This document shows, in pieces, positions 28,595 through 39,000 of a DNA stretch of 64,000 nucleotides (the stretch's first letter is position 1; every line of letters starts with the position of its first letter). Source of the stretch: an uncultured virus (IMG/VR IMGVR_UViG_3300037843_000618). Its lineage: Duplodnaviria; Heunggongvirae; Uroviricota; Caudoviricetes. The stretch lies in the IMG/VR virus record IMGVR_UViG_3300037843_000618; one strand, written 5' to 3'. The position numbers and the translations under genes are program-made. The notes under the pieces were generated by a model, which was given only the letters and a program-made list of their open reading frames with translations, was not told the DNA's origin and searched no databases.

Positions 28595-30346
28595 GTGAAG
28601 CTCTACGGCACAGCTACCTACTACAAGGCGATCAAGGCTTGGGAAATTGAGACGGAGCCTCACGTCTCCATTCGTCTCAAGCGCTGGTTCCCCAAGATTG
28701 ACTCCACGCACTACGGCAAGAAGCACCGCCTCAAGGCGACCCCCGAGAACTGCCTAGACCTCCAAGTTTTCCTCCAGCGCTATCCTATGGATGTGCGCCC
28801 GTCCGAACACTTCCTTGAAGAACGGGCTAACGAGCACCGCGAGCGTATGAGCCTCGTGGACAGATTCCTGCGCGGCGAGGGCAACGACAAGGTCTTCCCG
28901 CTGAAGCTTCCACCCCGCGAGTACCAAGGGCTGGCCGCGAATATGTGGCTGACCACGGGCGGCCTGCTGCTGGCGGACGACGTAGGGCTGGGCAAGACGT
29001 GCGTGTCGTTCTGTGGGTTCGTGGACCCGAAGTTGCGCCCCGCTCTTGTTGTCACGCTTTCGCACCTTCCGCTACAGTGGGCGTCCGAGCTTGAGAAGTT
29101 CACCGACCTGAGGGCGCACATCCTGAAGAAGGGCACACCCTACGACATCCTTGACAAGAAAGGCAGGCTGCCGGATGTCATCATCACGAACTACCACAAG
29201 CTGGGCGGCTGGGCGGAGACGCTGGACGGCATCGTTAAGAGCGTCGCGTTCGACGAGTGCCAAGAGCTTCGCCACAAGGGCACACAGAAGTATGAGGCGG
29301 CCAAGCACATCGCGGACAGCGTGGACTACCGCCTTGGGCTGAGCGCGACGCCGATCTACAACTACGGCGGCGAGATTTGGAACGTGTGCAACGTCATCGT
29401 GCCGGACGCGCTGGGCACATGGGAGGAGTTCAGCCGTGAGTGGTGCGAGTTCAAGGGGCAGAAGTACGTGATCCCCGACCCCGCCGCGTTCGGGGTGTAC
29501 GCCCGCGAGACCGGGGTTATGCTCCGCAGGACGAGGAAGGAAGTTAGGCGCGAGCTTCCCGGCGTCATCCGCGTGCCCCAGTGGATTCAGTCCGACCCCG
29601 AGGCTTTCAAGCGGCTCAAGGGTCAGGCCATAGAACTTGCCAAGCTGATCTTGCGTCAGAGCCAAGAGTTCAAGGGGCAGAAGATGCAGGCTGCGGGCGA
29701 GTTTGACATGAAGATGCGGCAGGCTACAGGCATCGCCAAGGCTCCGTTCGTCGCTGACTTCGTACGGTTCCTTGTTGAGGAGAACGGGACGCCCGTCGTA
29801 CTGTACGGCTGGCACCGCGACGTGTACGAGATTTGGCTGGAAAAGCTGCGCGGCAGCACCACGTACCCGTTTAACGTCGCGAACCTCAATCCGGTGATGT
29901 ACACAGGCACCGAGTCCCCGACGCAGAAGGAAGCTGCTAAGCAGGAATTCCTGTCCGGTCGGTCTAAGGTTATGATCATATCGCTTCGCGCCGGGCAAGG
30001 TATGGACGGCTTGCAGGATATGTGCCACGTGTGCGTGTTCGGCGAACTTGACTGGTCACCTGGCGTCCACGAACAGTGCGAGGGGCGCTTGCACCGCGAC
30101 GGTCAGGACGAGCCTGTCACCAGCTACTACCTGCTGGCGGACGAAGGTTCAGACCCGGTCGTGTCCGACGTGCTGGGCGTCAAGAAGCAGCAGATTGAGG
30201 GCATCCGCGATCCTAACCAAGACCTCGTCCAAAAATTGCAGGTGGACCCGCAGCACATCCGCAAGCTTGCGGAGAAGTACCTGACCGACCACGGCGTGCC
30301 AATTCCGCAGCCCATCCCGAAGGAAATCGAGGAAGAGGCGATCTGA
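28595..30346 (+). CDS. SNF2-family (SF2) helicase/ATPase
   Basis: LLADDVGLGKT, FDECQ, LSATPIYN, MLRRT, GMDGLQ, LDWSP..HEQCEGRLHRDGQ. Confidence 0.92.
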   Translation: MKLYGTATYYKAIKAWEIETEPHVSIRLKRWFPKIDSTHYGKKHRLKATPENCLDLQVFLQRYPMDVRPSEHFLEERANEHRERMSLVDRFLRGEGNDKVFPLKLPPREYQGLAANMWLTTGGLLLADDVGLGKTCVSFCGFVDPKLRPALVVTLSHLPLQWASELEKFTDLRAHILKKGTPYDILDKKGRLPDVIITNYHKLGGWAETLDGIVKSVAFDECQELRHKGTQKYEAAKHIADSVDYRLGLSATPIYNYGGEIWNVCNVIVPDALGTWEEFSREWCEFKGQKYVIPDPAAFGVYARETGVMLRRTRKEVRRELPGVIRVPQWIQSDPEAFKRLKGQAIELAKLILRQSQEFKGQKMQAAGEFDMKMRQATGIAKAPFVADFVRFLVEENGTPVVLYGWHRDVYEIWLEKLRGSTTYPFNVANLNPVMYTGTESPTQKEAAKQEFLSGRSKVMIISLRAGQGMDGLQDMCHVCVFGELDWSPGVHEQCEGRLHRDGQDEPVTSYYLLADEGSDPVVSDVLGVKKQQIEGIRDPNQDLVQKLQVDPQHIRKLAEKYLTDHGVPIPQPIPKEIEEEAI

Positions 30347-30372
30347 GCAGTATCAGAGTGAAGGAGCAACCC

Positions 30373-30606
30373 ATGGAAATCAAACACTTCCCGACCCTTC
30401 CAATCGGCGCGACGTTTGCCGTGGACGGCGAGGCGTACACCAAGACCTCGGAGCTTGTGTTCCGCGACCTTTACGGATTCGAGCACTACATCGACCCCCT
30501 TTTCGACGCGAAACTGGGCAGGGAACTTGCCGGTCGAGCAACTGCAAACACCCCGCAGGTCGATACTTCTGCCAGGACCGTGAAGGGCGAGCCGGAACAA
30601 GAGTAA
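30373..30606 (+). CDS. Hypothetical protein (77 aa)
   Basis: AAGGAG RBS before ATG 30373. Confidence 0.65.
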   Translation: MEIKHFPTLPIGATFAVDGEAYTKTSELVFRDLYGFEHYIDPLFDAKLGRELAGRATANTPQVDTSARTVKGEPEQE

Positions 30607-30860
30607 TGCCCACTTGCCAGCGCACCTTCATACAGGAATTCCCGGAGGATGACGGTTTTGCCATCTCTAATGTCACGGACGAACAGGTCATCGCCGATGC
30701 CGGTCTGAGGCTGTGCGGCAAGCCAGCGTTCTACAAGAAGGTCAGCGAGACGGGCAAGACCGTCATCTGGATTTGCGTTGATTGCTTTAACGAGTTTGAG
30801 GCCAAGTTCGGCGAAGGCTCCTGGACCGACGTGAGCGACTTTCCAGAAGAGGAAGACTAA
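30606..30860 (+). CDS. Hypothetical Cys-containing protein (84 aa)
   Basis: TAATG-coupled ORF. Confidence 0.65.
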   Translation: MPTCQRTFIQEFPEDDGFAISNVTDEQVIADAGLRLCGKPAFYKKVSETGKTVIWICVDCFNEFEAKFGEGSWTDVSDFPEEED

Positions 30861-31099
30861 TGGGCGGCATGCTTCCCGAAGAGATCAATTGTCCCACCTG
30901 CGGCGCAAGCATAGATGTCTGCTTGGGCTGCTGGGGCTGCAAGACGAACGAAGAGGCGCAGGCAAAGGCGAATGCCGAAGGGTACGAGTGCGCCGAGTGC
31001 GGCATGAAGAAGCACATGGAAAGAATGTTCGCCGACCCGGTGACGCATTATCTTGTAAAAAATCTGGAATACGATCCGTTGGATCGGGAAGGCTACTGA
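30860..31099 (+). CDS. Cys-rich Zn-binding protein (79 aa)
   Basis: CPTC, CLGCWGC, CAEC; TAATG-coupled. Confidence 0.65.
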   Translation: MGGMLPEEINCPTCGASIDVCLGCWGCKTNEEAQAKANAEGYECAECGMKKHMERMFADPVTHYLVKNLEYDPLDREGY

Positions 31100-31100
31100 C

Positions 31101-31631
31101 ATGGGAAAGCGGTCAAAAGGACTAGACGCGGTGCGGCAGAACAACAGGCTGAAGAAACAAATACTCTCATCGTGTAAAAAATACGCCGAGCAGCTTGAGG
31201 CGGAGAATTATGCCCTCAAGAACGACCCGTCGTCCATGGTCGGCAAGTTCATCGGGCAGTTCCGTGAGCTTTACGGGCAGAACCAGCGCCTCTCGGTGCT
31301 GGCGGCGTGCCTTATCAGGAAGCTCGGCGAGAATGTGGTCCTGACCAAGGAAGAGATGGAAGCCTACAAGGAGAAGCGCATCAACATCAAGTGGGAGATC
31401 GCGGACGGGGAGACCGTCGAGACGGCGAAAGAATACACGTTTTCTTACGAGTTGCAGGATGCCCCTCCGCAGGGCCAGCCGGTGCAGGCGACGGAGCAGC
31501 CGACCCCCGCAGCCATCGCGTCCGCCGCAGTGGTTGAGTCGGAGGAGCATGTGATCTCAACCCCCGGCATCGTTGCATCTCCGATAGACGAAGAAATTCC
31601 ACCATCGGTTGAAGAACCGTTCCCTCAGTAA
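31101..31631 (+). CDS. Hypothetical protein (176 aa)
   Basis: Continuous with the operon; protein-like composition. Confidence 0.7.
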   Translation: MGKRSKGLDAVRQNNRLKKQILSSCKKYAEQLEAENYALKNDPSSMVGKFIGQFRELYGQNQRLSVLAACLIRKLGENVVLTKEEMEAYKEKRINIKWEIADGETVETAKEYTFSYELQDAPPQGQPVQATEQPTPAAIASAAVVESEEHVISTPGIVASPIDEEIPPSVEEPFPQ

Positions 31632-31703
31632 ATCCCTTCGTAAATCCCTTCTGCCAACCAAAAAATTTTGAGCGTGTGCGTTTCGTCAGTAGAGGCGGCT
31701 GCG

Positions 31704-32468
31704 ATGCGCTTCAGAAACCCTTTCAAACCGAAAGCCGTAAAGGCTTACTGGTGGCGCGAGGTGTCGAACTTCGGCGACGCCCTAGCCCCTTTTCTGCTTG
31801 AGCGCTTCTCGGGCATCGGGGTCGAATGGGACACCATCTCCCACGCACAGGTCGTTTCGATAGGCTCGATCCTTGAGCATATCCCGCCTCTGTGGGACGG
31901 ATATGTGCTGGGGTCGGGCAAGCTGTTCGAGTTCTCGCGCCTGCACCTCCACACAAAAACAGCGAAAATCCTGTGCATTCGCGGGCCGCTCTCGGCTCGC
32001 GGGATTCCCGGCTCCTTCGCGCTGGGCGACCCCGGCATCCTGGCGGCAGAACTGGTCGGGCCGCAGGACAAGCGGTGGGACCTGGGAATCCTGCCGCACT
32101 GGCAAGACAAGGAGCTTGTGGAAAGATTCACGGCGCTCATCCCGAAGCCGTTCACCGTGCTGCCGATCAATCCGGCCGGCGACCCGCTCGCGATCCTCCG
32201 CCAGATCGGGTCGTGCCGTCGCCTCGTGACCTCGTCCCTCCACGGCATGGTCGCGGCGGACTCGTTCGGTATGCCGCGCCGCGTGGAGATTTGCCCCGCG
32301 ATGGAGCGCGACGGCGGGGACTTCAAGTTCCGCGATTACTCAATGTCTATCCAAACCCCATTTGAAGCGGGAAAAATGGTGGAAGCCTCCCGGTTCCGCA
32401 TCGAAGATTTGGGATTTGCTGTGTACGACGCGTACCAAGCCCTCAAGTCAGGGTTGAAAAATGGTTGA
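31704..32468 (+). CDS. Polysaccharide pyruvyl transferase family protein
   Basis: NFGD.L, IGSIL, GSG, IRGPLS, GDPGIL, GILPH, TSSLHG...ADSFG.P, FKF.DY. Confidence 0.85.
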   Translation: MRFRNPFKPKAVKAYWWREVSNFGDALAPFLLERFSGIGVEWDTISHAQVVSIGSILEHIPPLWDGYVLGSGKLFEFSRLHLHTKTAKILCIRGPLSARGIPGSFALGDPGILAAELVGPQDKRWDLGILPHWQDKELVERFTALIPKPFTVLPINPAGDPLAILRQIGSCRRLVTSSLHGMVAADSFGMPRRVEICPAMERDGGDFKFRDYSMSIQTPFEAGKMVEASRFRIEDLGFAVYDAYQALKSGLKNG

Positions 32469-33357
32469 AACTATTCTAGTCTTGGTGAGTGCCGCTATGC
32501 TCGGACTGATCGCACTGGTCGAAAAGTTTCGCCGCTTGCGCAAGGGTCGCGGCATCAGCATACTCGTGCCGTTCCACTGTTCCGACGAGAACAGCCAGCG
32601 TGCCGAGAACTGGCGCTGGCTGAGGAAGTACTGGGAATGTCATCTTCCGGGCGCTCAGATTATGGAGGGCGAGGACTGGAAGGCGTTCCTGCGTGGCGTG
32701 CCCTTCTCCAAGTCCGCCGCTGTCAACAACGCGGCTAGAAAGGCGACCGGGGATGTCCTCGCCATCGTGGACGCGGACGGGTACATCGACGCCGACGCCG
32801 TCCTCGAAGCCGCTGAGAGGATCAGGGAAGCACGCAGGCGCGGGCACAGGCTGTGGTTCGTGCCCTACCGCTGGTTCTATCGCCTAACCGAGGAATGCTC
32901 CCGCGACCTGCTTGGCTCCGATCCCCGCCATCCGTTCCCGATCCCGATGCCCCCGCCCGAGGACTGCATCCAATCGACGGAGGGGTCGCAGCACGGGCAC
33001 TGGTACGGCGCTGGCATCCAGGTCATGCCGAAGGAGGCGTTCTGGGAGGTTGGCGGGTGGGACGAGAGGTTCCGTGGCTGGGGAGGCGAGGACCACGCCG
33101 CCATGCGTGCGACGGACACGCTGTACTGGCGTCACAAGACGCTGCCCGCCCAGTTCCTCCACGTCTGGCACCCGATGATCAGCCCGCAGGGCGTGAGTGA
33201 CGGCCTGGTGGATTGGCGCGAGCGCATGTGGGCCGGACAGACGTCCTCCGGCATGAACGACGCGCTTTCCGGCAGGTACTACGGCGCTCAGGGCGACCGG
33301 GAGCGTATGAGGAAGCTCGTGGACGAAGGGCACGACTTCAAGAAGAGGAAAAGATGA
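32461..33357 (+). CDS. Glycosyltransferase (GT-A fold, family 2/7C-like) with N-terminal membrane anchor
   Basis: ISILVPF, FSKSAAVN, DAD (DxD), GGWDERFRGWGGED, HVWH. Confidence 0.88.
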   Translation: MVETILVLVSAAMLGLIALVEKFRRLRKGRGISILVPFHCSDENSQRAENWRWLRKYWECHLPGAQIMEGEDWKAFLRGVPFSKSAAVNNAARKATGDVLAIVDADGYIDADAVLEAAERIREARRRGHRLWFVPYRWFYRLTEECSRDLLGSDPRHPFPIPMPPPEDCIQSTEGSQHGHWYGAGIQVMPKEAFWEVGGWDERFRGWGGEDHAAMRATDTLYWRHKTLPAQFLHVWHPMISPQGVSDGLVDWRERMWAGQTSSGMNDALSGRYYGAQGDRERMRKLVDEGHDFKKRKR

Positions 33358-33468
33358 GGCGGCTCTACATCCGGCTCCTCTATCTCCTTTACGAAGCCTG
33401 CGGCTGGCTCCGCCACAAGGTACTAGCAGCCATGCTGAAAGCTGCCCAACTCTAGTCTAATTTTCTTC

Positions 33469-33498
33469 TTGACTTTTCGGACTTTTGCTTGGTATTAT
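33469..33498 (+). promoter_or_regulatory. Sigma70-type promoter
   Basis: TTGACT-18 nt-TATTAT with TG extension. Confidence 0.65.
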
Positions 33499-33654
33499 AG
33501 GTTGTCTCGCGATTGGGTGTTTAATCATTTTGCGCCTCCAACGAAGGTGGTTTTTACCTGACCGCGAGACATCAATCATACTGGGACACTTCCCTCTTGA
33601 GGAGCACATGACAGAACGATTTCTATAGTGTACCCTAAGGAGGACACTACTGTC

Positions 33655-34320
33655 ATGCACACGCTCAAAGCACTACTGCGTCGGGTGGACTTCTACCTGC
33701 GCAACAAGCCCTACTATCCCCCATCGGATGATTCCAAGCTCGTCTCGTTCGAGGACGTCTTCGAAAAAGACCCTGAGGACGACCCCCTGCGCACCAAGAT
33801 GTACTGGGCCGTCTACCGCTTCTGGGCCAACCACTGGCTCTGCAACCCCCGCAGCGTTTACCGCGAAATCAAATGGTTCGTTCAACGGGGACGCCGGGGG
33901 TGGGCGGACTGCGACACCTGGTCCCTGGACAACTACCTGTCCCGCTGGCTCCCGGATGCTCTGCGCCATCTGAAGACCACCAGGCACGGAATCCCCTGCG
34001 AGATGTTCGACGGGCTGCCGACGAACGCCGAGGGCTACCACGATGATGCGGAGTTCGCAATCGCGGCGGCACGGTGGGACGCCATCATGAACAAGATGGT
34101 CGCCGGGTTCGAAGCGTGGAACCGCATCCAAGACGGGCTTTACGAGGGAGAACTCGGGGAGTATCCGATGCGCCGCCCTGATGGCGTGAGCAGGGAAGAC
34201 TGGAAGAAAACCAAGGACGACCGCTTCAAGGCGAGCCGCCTCCTCGAAGAGCGCGACAAGGAAATCTTCGATGAGGGCATGAAACTGTTCTCAGCCCATT
34301 TCGGATCGCTCTGGGACTGA
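33655..34320 (+). CDS. Hypothetical phage protein (221 aa)
   Basis: AAGGAGG RBS; QRG.RGWAD.DTWSLD...W..IM.KM..GF...LF..HF..LWD pattern. Confidence 0.8.
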   Translation: MHTLKALLRRVDFYLRNKPYYPPSDDSKLVSFEDVFEKDPEDDPLRTKMYWAVYRFWANHWLCNPRSVYREIKWFVQRGRRGWADCDTWSLDNYLSRWLPDALRHLKTTRHGIPCEMFDGLPTNAEGYHDDAEFAIAAARWDAIMNKMVAGFEAWNRIQDGLYEGELGEYPMRRPDGVSREDWKKTKDDRFKASRLLEERDKEIFDEGMKLFSAHFGSLWD

Positions 34321-34329
34321 AGAGGAAAA

Positions 34330-34941
34330 ATGAGCAAAAACAAAAAGCGTCATCACAAGATCACGAACGCCTACGAGGCGTGGTGGTTTATTTATTCACA
34401 CCCAGCTTTTATGTTGCAGGAACGTCATGAGGTCACACCGGAAGAAGCTGATAAGTTGAAGGCTGAAGGGTACCTAATTTCAAAGGACGTGGGCGGCAAG
34501 TGCTACAAAATGTGTCGGCACCTGCACCGCCACGCTCTGGATGTGAACCTCAGCATCTTCTACACCAAGACCAACAAGCCGGGCGGCCATGGGACGGTGG
34601 ACGACGACGGCAGCAAGAACAAATTCGTAGAAGTGTGGTTGGAATTCGGCCCGCTGGGCTACGGCTACGCCTATTCGGGCGGCGAGAAGCCGATGGCTGA
34701 CTGGGACACCGAGACCACGATGCACCACTACCACGACGTCGATCTCGACACCGGGGGGACGACCTTCGACGATGGGCTGGTTCGGCTGGCCAGGAACGTC
34801 CGCAAACATTACGGGGACTACAAGGAGAAAACCTCGGCTGACCAGCGCCGCAGCGAGTGCGGAAAGCCCGAATGCGCGGACTGCAAGGCCATCGGGCGGA
34901 TGATGAAGGGTCTCGGGCTGAAGGAGAAGAAGCAGAAGTGA
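34330..34941 (+). CDS. Hypothetical protein (203 aa)
   Basis: GAGG RBS; HD.DLD.GG.TFD motif. Confidence 0.75.
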   Translation: MSKNKKRHHKITNAYEAWWFIYSHPAFMLQERHEVTPEEADKLKAEGYLISKDVGGKCYKMCRHLHRHALDVNLSIFYTKTNKPGGHGTVDDDGSKNKFVEVWLEFGPLGYGYAYSGGEKPMADWDTETTMHHYHDVDLDTGGTTFDDGLVRLARNVRKHYGDYKEKTSADQRRSECGKPECADCKAIGRMMKGLGLKEKKQK

Positions 34942-35654
34942 GAAAGGACATGAAAGACCTGCTCGTGGACACGGGTCGCGGGCACGGCTACGGAAAAGCT
35001 GACTCCCGCCGCTTCCGCTTTAAGCACGCGGACCCGAATGACCTGCCACGCCTCATCTCCACCGCCCGGTGTCGGCAGGAGGGCCACAAGAATATCAATG
35101 ACCGCACTAACCCGCTTCGAAAGTTCCTGAGAGCGAACTGTGGCCGCCCTTGGGACGATGTCTACCGGGAAATCTGCGCGGTCGCGGATGGACGCACCAT
35201 CCGGGGACGCCGCCTCCGGCAATGTGCCTTGTCTTATGTCGTGCCTAACAACTACGACGTCGGTCACAACCGCCGCTACGGCCCGTTCTTCGTGGACGCT
35301 GATGGTACCTTACAGGAGGAGCGCGAAAAAACTGAGGCGGAGCGCCGTGCCGAAGCCGTCTACTGGCGGAAGCGCCACAAGTGGAAGGAGCCGCCGCGCA
35401 TGAGGGCGAATCCGAGGATCGCCGTGGACGCCGACCACTGGTACGAGAGGATCGAAGGGTACTGGTTCGCCTTCGAGACCAAGCACTACACGTGCAGGAA
35501 CTCCCGCGAGGACTTGGTGGAGGAAAATGGGGAGGTGAAGATCGTGCGCATCGCCCTCCCCGACATTACTATGCGTGTGACCAGCAAGAAGCAGGTCAAC
35601 GGGAAGACCCAGAAGGAACTGGAGAAACGGTATGGGCAAACCAAACGCAACTAA
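34938..35654 (+). CDS. Hypothetical protein (238 aa)
   Basis: GTGA overlap; NPLRKFL....GRPWDDVY.EIC motif. Confidence 0.7.
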   Translation: MRKDMKDLLVDTGRGHGYGKADSRRFRFKHADPNDLPRLISTARCRQEGHKNINDRTNPLRKFLRANCGRPWDDVYREICAVADGRTIRGRRLRQCALSYVVPNNYDVGHNRRYGPFFVDADGTLQEEREKTEAERRAEAVYWRKRHKWKEPPRMRANPRIAVDADHWYERIEGYWFAFETKHYTCRNSREDLVEENGEVKIVRIALPDITMRVTSKKQVNGKTQKELEKRYGQTKRN

Positions 35655-35660
35655 TCAGGT

Positions 35661-35900
35661 TCAGTTCGCTCCTTTTCTTTTGGCTCTGCGCTCGGCGCGT
35701 TTCTTTTCAGCGAACGCGTGAGCCGCGTGCTGGAACACCCCGGACCACGACATTTCGTAGCGAGTTCGTGTGCCCGCGAGTCTGCACGTGGCGATGAACG
35801 GCGAGACTTCGACCACGACTTCCCGCTCGCGTCCTTTGTACCGGACGGTATCGGAAGTCGTGAACACCAGCTTCGATTTCCGCTTGGTCAGATGAGTCAT
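35661..35900 (-). CDS. Small basic hypothetical protein (79 aa)
   Basis: AAGGAGG RBS; TGATATAAT extended -10 upstream. Confidence 0.75.
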   Translation of the reverse strand: MTHLTKRKSKLVFTTSDTVRYKGREREVVVEVSPFIATCRLAGTRTRYEMSWSGVFQHAAHAFAEKKRAERRAKRKGAN

Positions 35901-36060
35901 ATTTCCTCCTTATCGAGTTTTGATTGCAGCACCATTATATCATGCCCGATTTTCAAGACATGCATTTTAGCCAATGTTTATGCGGTTTTTGGTGAAACAA
36001 GTCCTTTAGATTCGGACTTGAAAATTTTAGAAAAATTTCTCTTGACAAGATTTTCAGAAA

Positions 36061-39000
36061 TTACAGAACTTCTTTTTTGGCAGCCGCCATGACTGAGGTT
36101 CCGGCGGTCTCCAACCACATGACGGCGTCATCGACGCTAAAGAATTCTTGTTCCCTGCGCCGTGGTTTGAGCCAGTCAAAGGTGATCGTCTTCGCGTTCT
36201 GGCATTTTTGGAGGATGAACTCCAGAAGCAGGGAAATGGTGCTTGACGAAGGTGTCTTGAATTCAAGGTTCGTATACTGGTTCCCGCTGACTCGCACGGC
36301 TCCCTTGTCGAAAGCTTCCGTCATGTCTTGGGGATCAGTAGAAAGTCCGGCACGCACCGCTCCTTCGCGATGGCTTTCGCCTTTTAGCAAAGGCTGAAAA
36401 CTGCCATCAGGCAGGAGCCAGCCTACGTTCTGGTGGTAGTCTCCGCTGCTCATGCGGGTCCTAAAAACTTCCGTCCACCATTTCTGCATGAACTCGTCTG
36501 CCCATTGCTGAGCACGCGGCTCGCACGACTTCATCGACTCCGCGTGCTCTGGGTTCATCCAGAACTCCTTGTCGTGGCGGAACGTGTTGGGGTCGTAAAG
36601 GTCGGTCAGGTCGATTATTCTGTTACCCGGAAGTTGCAGGGCTTGGTGCTCTGCCGTGCCGACCATCTTACCGCCGAAAAGCTTTTGGGCGAATATCGAC
36701 GCGAACTTGCACGCACCGCCGAGGTCTATCGGCACGCCTTCGCGCCCAAGCTCCCTGTGCCGCTCCTCCCACTTCTCTTTCAGGAACAGCTTGGCGCGGT
36801 TGATCCACTCGTCTGTCGGGGGCAGCTTCTTCCATTCCGTCGCTGCCGTCTGAATCTTTTTTGCTTTCCAAGACTTGAGCTTCGACGGGAAGATCACGCC
36901 GCGAGGCGCGGACAAGCTGGCAGGGTCAAGCGTGTCCTGCCACCATACGCCGTCGCAATCAAGCTCGTCCTCGGCGTATACGGTGACCAGCAGATCAAAT
37001 GCGACCGCCGTTTCGTCCGCGTGGGGGTTTTTCGTGCGCTGCTTCAGCTTGTCCGTTCCCGAGACGGTCTTGCCATCGACGGGAACAACCTTTTCGTCAT
37101 CGCCGTAGTTGCCTAGCTCCGCTTCAGCCTCCTCTTTGGACAAGAATTCCATGTAGCGCTCTTCGTCGGTTTCGCTGTCGTAATAAACTAAGCGCCATGC
37201 GCCCGAGACCTCGGTCGCGTAGCCGTTCTCGACACCCCATGCCATGATCTGTTGCCGCTGCTGCTTGCTGAGGCGGTGGAAGTTCAGGAACCTGTTGCCC
37301 GGCTTGGTGAGTTCCCAGGTGTCGCCGCCGATCTCGGCGATCTGCATCCACTCCTCGGGGTTGACGCTGACGGACAGACCCGAACCTTCGAGCGAGCCTT
37401 CCTGCTTGTGCTTCACGTCCATGCTACCGACGTGCCAGAGTTTCTTGAAGGTCTTGAACGCAAAGCCCGCAGCTTTCTTCGCCCACGTTCCCGTCCTGCC
37501 GGGCGACAATTCTGCCTGCGCCCGCTGGGTGCCGCGCCCCCGGATAAGTTCCCCCATCCTGATACTCTGCGAGACGCGCATGATGCTGGAGACGTTCTTC
37601 GCCCAGTTGGGGTCGCCGTTGCTGTAGATCAACCCGGCCTCGCGCAGCGTCATGTCCGGTCTGATGCTCGGGTGGTCGCCGTCAGCGATGCGGTTAAGCT
37701 GATCTTCAAGGGCATCCCTACCCTTGTCCCACGAGTCGAACGTCCTGATCTTGCCCGTGTTGAAGTCCGTGATGTTGCCGGGATTGTTGAACAGCGGGTT
37801 CGCACCCTCGGCGCGGGAGATTGCTTCGATGAGGGCGTCGATCTGCCTCTCCTGCTCGGCTTTCGTTTTCGCTTCTGTCTGCTGCTCCTGTCGTTGCTCG
37901 ATCTGTTGCGGTGTCGCCTCGCCGGGGTGCACGGCGGATGGAGCGCCGCCGAGGCCCAGGGCCAGCGCGGCGGGCAGCACGTACTTGCTCCTCCAGTCCG
38001 CCTCCTTTGGCGTATGCGCCGCGTCCTTAGAAGCATCTTTGACTCCGACGTAAGCTTGAATCGTCTTGTCGCCGCGCATCCTTGCGGCCTCGACGCGGTG
38101 GAATCCGTCTATTACGTAACCATTGGCGGCGATGATGATGGGGGGCAGAGGCGTTTTCCGCTGGGCGTATTCTTGGGCGACTGGTAGATGCGTTGCTTTC
38201 GGCCATTTGACGCCGGGGTCATCCAGGGGGATTGTTTGCAGAACATATTTTTCTGCTTCCCTGATCCACTCAGGGTCTTCGAACGGCTCTCCGCCTCCGT
38301 GACCAAACTCATGCAAGAAATCGACGTAGTTTATTGTCTCTTCTGGGGACATTTCGGCTGGGTAAGAGGAACTGTTTTTGGATGCGGTAAAACGCGGGTC
38401 TTTTGGATTGAACTGCGAATACACGCTCTTGATCTGGTCCGGCGCGAACGCGATCCACGCGTGCCCGCCCTCGACCACGTTCTTGTAGCGTACGCCGTCA
38501 TGCCCGGCTGTGGTCAGGCGGCTCTTGGCTTGCGATGCGAGGTCGTATGCTGCTTCCTCCAGAAGCTCCGCGTCGCCCTCGACGTTGCGGTGCTGTTCGA
38601 ATAGGTAGCGGTTCTGCTCGGCCCGGAACGCCGCGTCGTTCTCGTACTTCTCATACCACTGGCTCACCGCTTCCTCGTTGCCTTCCTCCCACGGCTCCAC
38701 GCCGAGGTCATATGCTAGCGCGAGATCAACCGCATCGCCGCGCACCTTACCTTGGTTGATGAACTCGCGCAGGTTGTGTTCGGAGCCGAAGTCCTTCGGG
38801 TTGGTGATGCGCAGGAAGACCTGTATCACGCGGGGCTTCTCCGCCTCGCCCTCGTAGCGCGTGCTCGTCCAGCCCTTGCCCTCGGCGAACAGGTTGGCGA
38901 CGTTCGGCTCCTCGGCGAAGTGAGCGCCCATGAGCGCCGTGGGGTCTGCGCCGGAGCCGGAAGACGAGGACTCTCCCCAGTCGTCCACCTCCGGCCCCGT

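Noticed and set aside
31628..31651. 12-bp tandem repeat GTAAATCCCTTC x2
   Set aside because: Only two adjacent copies at a gene end; likely a local duplication, not an array.
35930..36060. AT-rich gap as a replication origin
   Set aside because: No iterons seen; explained by the promoter region of the 35900 gene.
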